Origin: a virus
Reading direction: 5' to 3' (one strand)
IMG/VR virus record: IMGVR_UViG_3300016667_000333
Location: 1-64,000 of that record
Length of the DNA stretch: 64,000 nt
Each line of letters starts with the position of its first letter. The first letter of the stretch is position 1. Below, in pieces: positions 60,380 to 64,000 of the stretch. The position numbers and the translations under genes were made by a program. The notes below the pieces were generated by a model, which made no database searches, had not been told where the DNA came from, and worked only from the letters and a program-made list of their open reading frames with translations.

Positions 60380-60529
60380 TTAGTATTCGTTGTTAAGGTG
60401 TTTGATTTCGTCCTCGCTTAGGTAGATGCGAAGGCCGTTGTTTAGTTGAATGAAGTCGTTGCCTACTGATGCAATCGTGCGGCCTGTCAGTTCTTTTGCC
60501 GTGGACGCGTTGAGGTGTGTGCTTGTCAT
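60380..60529 (-). CDS. Small ORF (49 aa) below the track threshold
   Basis: Hand translation MTSTHLNASTAKELTGRTIASVGNDFIQLNNGLRIYLSEDEIKHLNNEY; ATG 6 nt after the upstream stop. Confidence 0.35.
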   Translation of the reverse strand: MTSTHLNASTAKELTGRTIASVGNDFIQLNNGLRIYLSEDEIKHLNNEY

Positions 60530-60535
60530 GGTGTG

Positions 60536-60769
60536 TTACTTGTTTAGGAATTTGCGTGTGTTTGCTTCTATGGTTGCTGTGCTGTAGCCGTGCGAGTCGA
60601 CGGCCGTCTTGCCTAGCTCGCTTGTTAGTGTGTTGATGAATCGCTCGATGTTGTGCTCGCCGTACTCGTCGACTAGCGTGCGGGCAACTGCCATGGCGAA
60701 CTCGTGTACGCTGAAGCCCGCAGGCACAGCGGCCTTGATACTCTCTGTGGTTTCTTCTATGTGTTTCAT
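60536..60769 (-). CDS. Hypothetical protein
   Basis: 77-aa ORF. Confidence 0.45.
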   Translation of the reverse strand: MKHIEETTESIKAAVPAGFSVHEFAMAVARTLVDEYGEHNIERFINTLTSELGKTAVDSHGYSTATIEANTRKFLNK

Positions 60770-60779
60770 ACCGGTTATT

Positions 60780-60947
60780 TTAATGGGTTGGATATTCTCC
60801 GTAGATGATGTAGTAGCAGCTGTCGCACGCGAGGTCGCTGCCGTCGGTCTGCTGTGCGCACTCGTGCAGCAGTACTTCCTTGTCTAGGGAAGAGCCGAGC
60901 CACAGCATTGCTGCGGCCACGGCCAATAGGGTGATTGCTTTTTTCAT
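60780..60947 (-). CDS. Small secreted Cys-rich protein candidate
   Basis: 55 aa from ATG 60947; MKKAITLLAVAAAMLWLGSS signal-like; four Cys in the mature part. Confidence 0.4.
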   Translation of the reverse strand: MKKAITLLAVAAAMLWLGSSLDKEVLLHECAQQTDGSDLACDSCYYIIYGEYPTH

Positions 60948-60954
60948 TGCTGTG

Positions 60955-61122
60955 TTAATAGGTTGGTGTTTGGTATACCTCTTCCATGAAGTTCTGAAGG
61001 ACTCGATACATCCTGTCGCGCTCGTCATCGTCAGAGCTCCAATACTCGATGAAGTTGTTGATTTCGTCAGCGACCAATTGGTCGATTTGTTCCTTTGATA
61101 AGGTTTGCTGCTGTGTTGTCAT
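60955..61122 (-). CDS. Small ORF (55 aa) below the track threshold
   Basis: Hand translation MTTQQQTLSKEQIDQLVADEINNFIEYWSSDDDERDRMYRVLQNFMEEVYQTPTY; fills the gap between neighbours. Confidence 0.35.
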   Translation of the reverse strand: MTTQQQTLSKEQIDQLVADEINNFIEYWSSDDDERDRMYRVLQNFMEEVYQTPTY

Positions 61123-61128
61123 GGCTTG

Positions 61129-61272
61129 TTATTTTAGGTGGGTTTGTAGTCCTGCGAGCAGTTTATCTACTGCCGCGTATTCGATTCTAATGCCCGCGTT
61201 TTCTAGCTTGAAGATGTGCTCGCGGTAGGCTTGGATGACGTTCACTAGGACGTCTCTTTTTTGTTTGTTCAT
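61129..61272 (-). CDS. Small ORF (47 aa)
   Basis: From ATG 61272 (MNKQKRDVLVNVIQAYREHIFKLENAGIRIEYAAVDKLLAGLQTHLK); the longer track ORF would overlap the upstream gene. Confidence 0.35.
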   Translation of the reverse strand: MNKQKRDVLVNVIQAYREHIFKLENAGIRIEYAAVDKLLAGLQTHLK

Positions 61273-61283
61273 GGCTGTTGTGT

Positions 61284-61586
61284 TTATTGTTTCCAAAATA
61301 GATTGCTGTTCATGTTGACGGCTACCTTGCCGGCATTGGTACACTCGTACCATACGCCTTCATGCTTCTCGTACCATTCACCCTCGTCTTCGTAGTCCCA
61401 TTCGGTGTAGCAGTACGCACCCTCGTCGTATGCCTCGTCGAGGTCAGCGTAGCCCTGCTCTAGGGCGAAGCGCTCAGCGTCTTCCTTGTTGATGAAATAC
61501 ATGAGGTTCTCTTCGAACAGGTAGCCCTCGTTCATGCCCTCGTTTGTTGCGCTGCATATGCGAGCGAATTTCTCAGTTGTTTCCAT
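61284..61586 (-). CDS. Highly acidic small protein
   Basis: 100 aa from ATG 61586; D/E/Y/W-rich (YTEWDYEDEGEWYEKHEG). Confidence 0.45.
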   Translation of the reverse strand: METTEKFARICSATNEGMNEGYLFEENLMYFINKEDAERFALEQGYADLDEAYDEGAYCYTEWDYEDEGEWYEKHEGVWYECTNAGKVAVNMNSNLFWKQ

Positions 61587-61833
61587 TGTGCTGTCGTGTT
61601 GATTGTTGGTATTGATATGAATTGATGAGCGTTTGTAGCGGGGCAACTTCGACCCCTATGTCTTCCCCGTTCTCTAGGGCTGCGTTGATGTCATCGTAGC
61701 TTTCGATACGGGCTTCCGTGCCGTCATCGTATAGGCGGTAGATTGTAAGTGCGCCCGATGACCATAGTTCCTTGGCTGAGTCGGTGACGATGAGCCACAC
61801 GAAGCCGTCTGCTGTGATTTTGATGTTGTCCAT
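61573..61833 (-). CDS. Hypothetical protein
   Basis: 86-aa ORF; CA-rich leader directly after element E1. Confidence 0.45.
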   Translation of the reverse strand: MDNIKITADGFVWLIVTDSAKELWSSGALTIYRLYDDGTEARIESYDDINAALENGEDIGVEVAPLQTLINSYQYQQSTRQHNGNN

Positions 61834-61855
61834 GTTGTTGTGTTGTATTGATTAG

Positions 61856-61899
61856 AGACAGGGGCGGGAGTCGAACCCGCCCTAGCACCATGCCTGCCT
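61856..61899 (-). ncRNA. tRNA-minihelix-like structured element E1
   Basis: Minus-sense AGGCAGG-CATGGTGCTAG-GGCGGG-TTCGACT-CCCGCC-CCTGTCT, then CTAA. The outer stem is 7 bp (one G-U), the inner stem 6 bp, and the loop is T-loop-like. It lies 8 nt after the stop of 61908..62831. Confidence 0.5.
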
Positions 61900-61907
61900 G
61901 CGTGCCG

Positions 61908-62831
61908 TTAGGCTACGATTTTCGCTAGGATGTCGAAGGCCTGCGCGTCCATTGCGCCTGCCTGTCCTGTCATCTTAGCCTCGATACGGCCGTTCTCGCG
62001 GTTAGGAGCGGAGGCCTTGTGGGTGGTGTAGTGTGTAACCCCACTCATCAGTCCCCACAGCGAGCCGCCCTTGTATGAGGTCTCGCGGCGTATGCTGTCG
62101 AGCAGTTCGCTTGCAATATTGAACTTGCGTGCGCTGTGGTCGGCGCGTATCGACTTCTCGGTCTTGGTGATGTCGACGTCGGTCAACTGCTGCACCACGC
62201 TGCGCACAATCTCGGGCGTCATCGGGGCGTTGGCCATCTTGAAGAAGGTGTCGTAGAGGCTCTCGTCGGCCTTCACTATGCCGAGAATTTGCTGCTTAGC
62301 TGCCTCGATACGTTCGCGCATGCTAGAGGTGTGTCGCACGCGGCTCATGGCCTTGTCACGGGCTGCGCGGTAGAAGGTGTTCTGACAGCTAATGGTGTAG
62401 CCTAGCGACCCGAAGCAAACGCTGCTGCTGCCGTCGAATGAGTTGAGGGCGGTCACGTACTTTTCTACGCGGTCGTTGTTGTCACCGATACCGGTAACGC
62501 TGCCCGCTGACAATTGCAGGTATACCTTCTTGCCGCCGTTCAGAGCGCCGCCCTTGTGTATGCGGTAGCCAAACTCGCCTGCAATGGCCTCGCATAGCTC
62601 AGCGAGCTCTTCATTCTGAAAGACCGCGTACTGCTCAGACATTACGCCTAGGATAGCGCCGTTGTCGGCCCGTTGGTTGGCCCATGCGCTGTCGACAGGC
62701 GTGCCGTCGGGTGTGTAGAGTTGTACCTTGTTTACGTGCCAATCGAGGCCTGTAGCTTGGAGGGTTTCGATTGTCTTAGCACCTGTGGTGATGTTTGACA
62801 GCATGCTGTCGAGGTTGAAATTGTTGTTCAT
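61908..62831 (-). CDS. DUF932 / TIGR03299-type phage-plasmid protein
   Basis: 307 aa; GLDWHVNKVQLY, QRADNGAILGVMSEQYAVFQNEE, GGKKVYLQL, ALNSFDGSSSVCFGSLGYTISCQNTF and RVRHTS follow the DUF932 family pattern. Confidence 0.7.
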   Translation of the reverse strand: MNNNFNLDSMLSNITTGAKTIETLQATGLDWHVNKVQLYTPDGTPVDSAWANQRADNGAILGVMSEQYAVFQNEELAELCEAIAGEFGYRIHKGGALNGGKKVYLQLSAGSVTGIGDNNDRVEKYVTALNSFDGSSSVCFGSLGYTISCQNTFYRAARDKAMSRVRHTSSMRERIEAAKQQILGIVKADESLYDTFFKMANAPMTPEIVRSVVQQLTDVDITKTEKSIRADHSARKFNIASELLDSIRRETSYKGGSLWGLMSGVTHYTTHKASAPNRENGRIEAKMTGQAGAMDAQAFDILAKIVA

Positions 62832-62862
62832 AATGTGTTGAAATAAATTGTTATAAAATTAG

Positions 62863-62906
62863 AGACAGGGAGGGGAAACGAGCCCCTCCGAGCACCATGC
62901 CTGTCT
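62863..62906 (-). ncRNA. tRNA-minihelix-like structured element E2
   Basis: Minus-sense AGACAGG-CATGGTGCTCG-GAGGGG-CTCGTTT-CCCCTC-CCTGTCT, then CTAA. It has the same 44-nt architecture as E1, with two compensated stem changes. It starts 1 nt after the stop of 62908..63231. Confidence 0.5.
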
Positions 62907-62907
62907 A

Positions 62908-63231
62908 TTATAGCCCCTTCATGAGTAAGCGGTAGCCTTCCTGCCCTTCGTCTTGCTTACGTGTAGAAGCGGCCTCCATTGCCCTTCTTTCTAGCGTGCG
63001 CCACATATGTGCTAGCTGCCCATTGTCCTGTTCAGTCTCAGCGCCCCATGTCATTACATACGAGCCCCTGTTGCCCACTATTACAATCATTTGCAGGGGC
63101 AAATCACCTTGCCACTCGGCCAACTTCACGTTGTAGCTTATTTCCAAGCCGTTCGCGAAGTAGATTGTCTTGTTTTTGAAGTCTGAAACAGGCATTTTTG
63201 CTAGCTGTTGGATGAACTCTTGTGTTGTCAT
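62908..63231 (-). CDS. Hypothetical protein, first ORF of the early block
   Basis: 107 aa from ATG 63231 (CA-rich leader); the longer track ORF to 63345 would read through element E3. Confidence 0.45.
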   Translation of the reverse strand: MTTQEFIQQLAKMPVSDFKNKTIYFANGLEISYNVKLAEWQGDLPLQMIVIVGNRGSYVMTWGAETEQDNGQLAHMWRTLERRAMEAASTRKQDEGQEGYRLLMKGL

Positions 63232-63254
63232 GTTGTGTTGTGTATTAAGTTTAG

Positions 63255-63313
63255 AACAACGCGGGGACTCGAACCCCGTACACACCTTGCGGAGTGTAGC
63301 GCCTGCCGTTGCT
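63255..63313 (-). ncRNA. tRNA-like three-way-junction element E3
   Basis: Minus-sense AGCAACG-GCAGGCGC-[TACACTCC GCAA GGTGTGTA]-[CGGGG TTCGAGT CCCCG]-CGTTGTT, then CTAA. It has a T-arm with a canonical T-loop, a GNRA-capped hairpin and a 7-bp acceptor-like stem. There is no D-arm or 7-nt anticodon loop. Confidence 0.5.
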
Positions 63314-63721
63314 ATAGTTGCCATTCTACCCACATGCACCTTCACATGCGGTAGAAATCGGTTGCAGTAAACAAAGAACTAGTGTTGTTAACGAGCCGCG
63401 ACTCGAGTCCTATTGACCCTAGACACCCTTGCACTCAGTAGGCTTGCGCTTACCTTCTCAGTTAGTCTAGAGCGCGGATATGAGAACCACCACCCGCTTA
63501 ACCTCATTCCTGTTGTGGGTGCTTTTCACACCCCTCAAACGCTGTAGAACCATTGTCCCTGTTTGATGGCACAAAGATGGGGGTCGTTTGGTGGTGACAT
63601 GCCCGACATTAACATTTCAGCAACACTTTTTATGTCATAACACAATGTTTTTAAGCTAACTTGTTGAAACTCAGTGTACAAAAAAGTTAAGGGTTTATTT
63701 GGATATGGGGCTGTTATACCC

Positions 63722-63729
63722 TATATTTG
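63722..63729 (+). promoter_or_regulatory. Candidate -7 promoter box (TATATTTG) pointing rightwards
   Basis: Fits TAnnTTTG; followed by near-palindrome GGGGAA-a-TTCCCC (63729..63741); no convincing ORF downstream. Confidence 0.35.
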
Positions 63730-64000
63730 GGGAAATTCCCCACAACTTATTGGTTTTCATCGTGTTACATGGGCTCAGCGCCGGAATACCTCGCTGCCTC
63801 TATAGATCCACATAGAACACTAGGTAAGGGACACACAGCGCCAATAGGTACAGGAGCACATAAGACACTCGTGCACGCCCGCACATTAGGCCTCCAAACC
63901 TTGGGTTGCCCCTACCAAAAGAAACCCGCCCTCTGAACCCCGCGAAAACACACGGAAATTGCTTTAAATCGACTTTCTCGCCTGTGGTGGTATCTACATA

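Noticed and set aside
61889-61891. Conserved ATG inside the CATGGTGCT linker of E1/E2 as the start of a small ORF
   Set aside because: Reading from it runs out of frame through the downstream gene start, and the conservation is better explained by the RNA element.
63255-63313. Genuine tRNA gene on the minus strand (GGGGTTCGAGTCCCC T-arm)
   Set aside because: Only 59 nt. The acceptor-like stem encloses a GNRA hairpin and the T-arm. I could not fold a D-arm or a 5-bp stem with a 7-nt anticodon loop. Kept as a tRNA-like element instead.
63727-63936. 69-aa TTG-initiated ORF (or 55 aa from ATG 63768)
   Set aside because: It has an unremarkable G/T/A/H-rich composition and starts inside the promoter box and palindrome, with no supporting context. 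Left uncalled, since the region may instead be transcribed as non-coding RNA.
1-64000. CRISPR array, rRNA, integrase/excisionase, transposase, DNA or RNA polymerase
   Set aside because: I saw no repeat-spacer periodicity, no rRNA-like conserved blocks and no recombinase or polymerase motifs in any ORF. This is absence by eye only, and remote homologs could be missed.

Overview
Near-continuously coding segment of a tailed dsDNA phage genome in three transcriptional blocks.

(i) 1-5.1 kb, minus strand, replication module:
- AEP-type primase fused to a P-loop helicase
- SSB-like protein with an acidic DDDGLPF tip
- DnaA-domain-IV-only HTH protein
- replication-initiator-like protein

(ii) 5.2-50.0 kb, plus strand, packaging, morphogenesis and lysis:
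- large terminase, portal, scaffold, major capsid and connector/tail proteins
- two fibre-like proteins
- a ~19 kb run of giant, probably ejected virion proteins, including a 1596-aa polyvalent protein with two HExxH motifs and a GNAT domain
- a ferritin-like gene
- a holin-like gene and a CHAP endolysin

(iii) 50.1-63.3 kb, minus strand, about 40 small early genes:
- RecB/Cas4-like exonuclease
- NinB-like and NinG-like proteins
- DUF1064-like and HNH/AP2-type nucleases
- a DUF932 protein

The right end (63.3-64.0 kb) is essentially non-coding.

Recurrent TAnnTTTG boxes just upstream of genes, together with the near absence of Shine-Dalgarno sequences, point to a Bacteroidota host. I recognised no rRNA, canonical tRNA, CRISPR array, integrase, DNA polymerase or RNA polymerase.

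Most interesting observations:
- Three tRNA-minihelix-like structured elements punctuate the first early genes. Two of them show compensatory base changes.
- A four-fold repeated [IL]K[TS]KA[QA][IM] motif delimits the domains of the polyvalent protein and may mark cleavage sites.
- The ferritin-like gene is translationally coupled to the polyvalent gene.
- A promoter-to-terminator bounded candidate sRNA lies antisense to the early block.
- A chain of small genes is joined by an identical GGAGGTGAGCAATGA junction.
- An A11 tract is flanked by stop codons in both alternative frames.
- A small early protein carries an SSB-tip-like acidic C-terminus.

All functional calls rest on motifs read by eye and on synteny. 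No database search was run.
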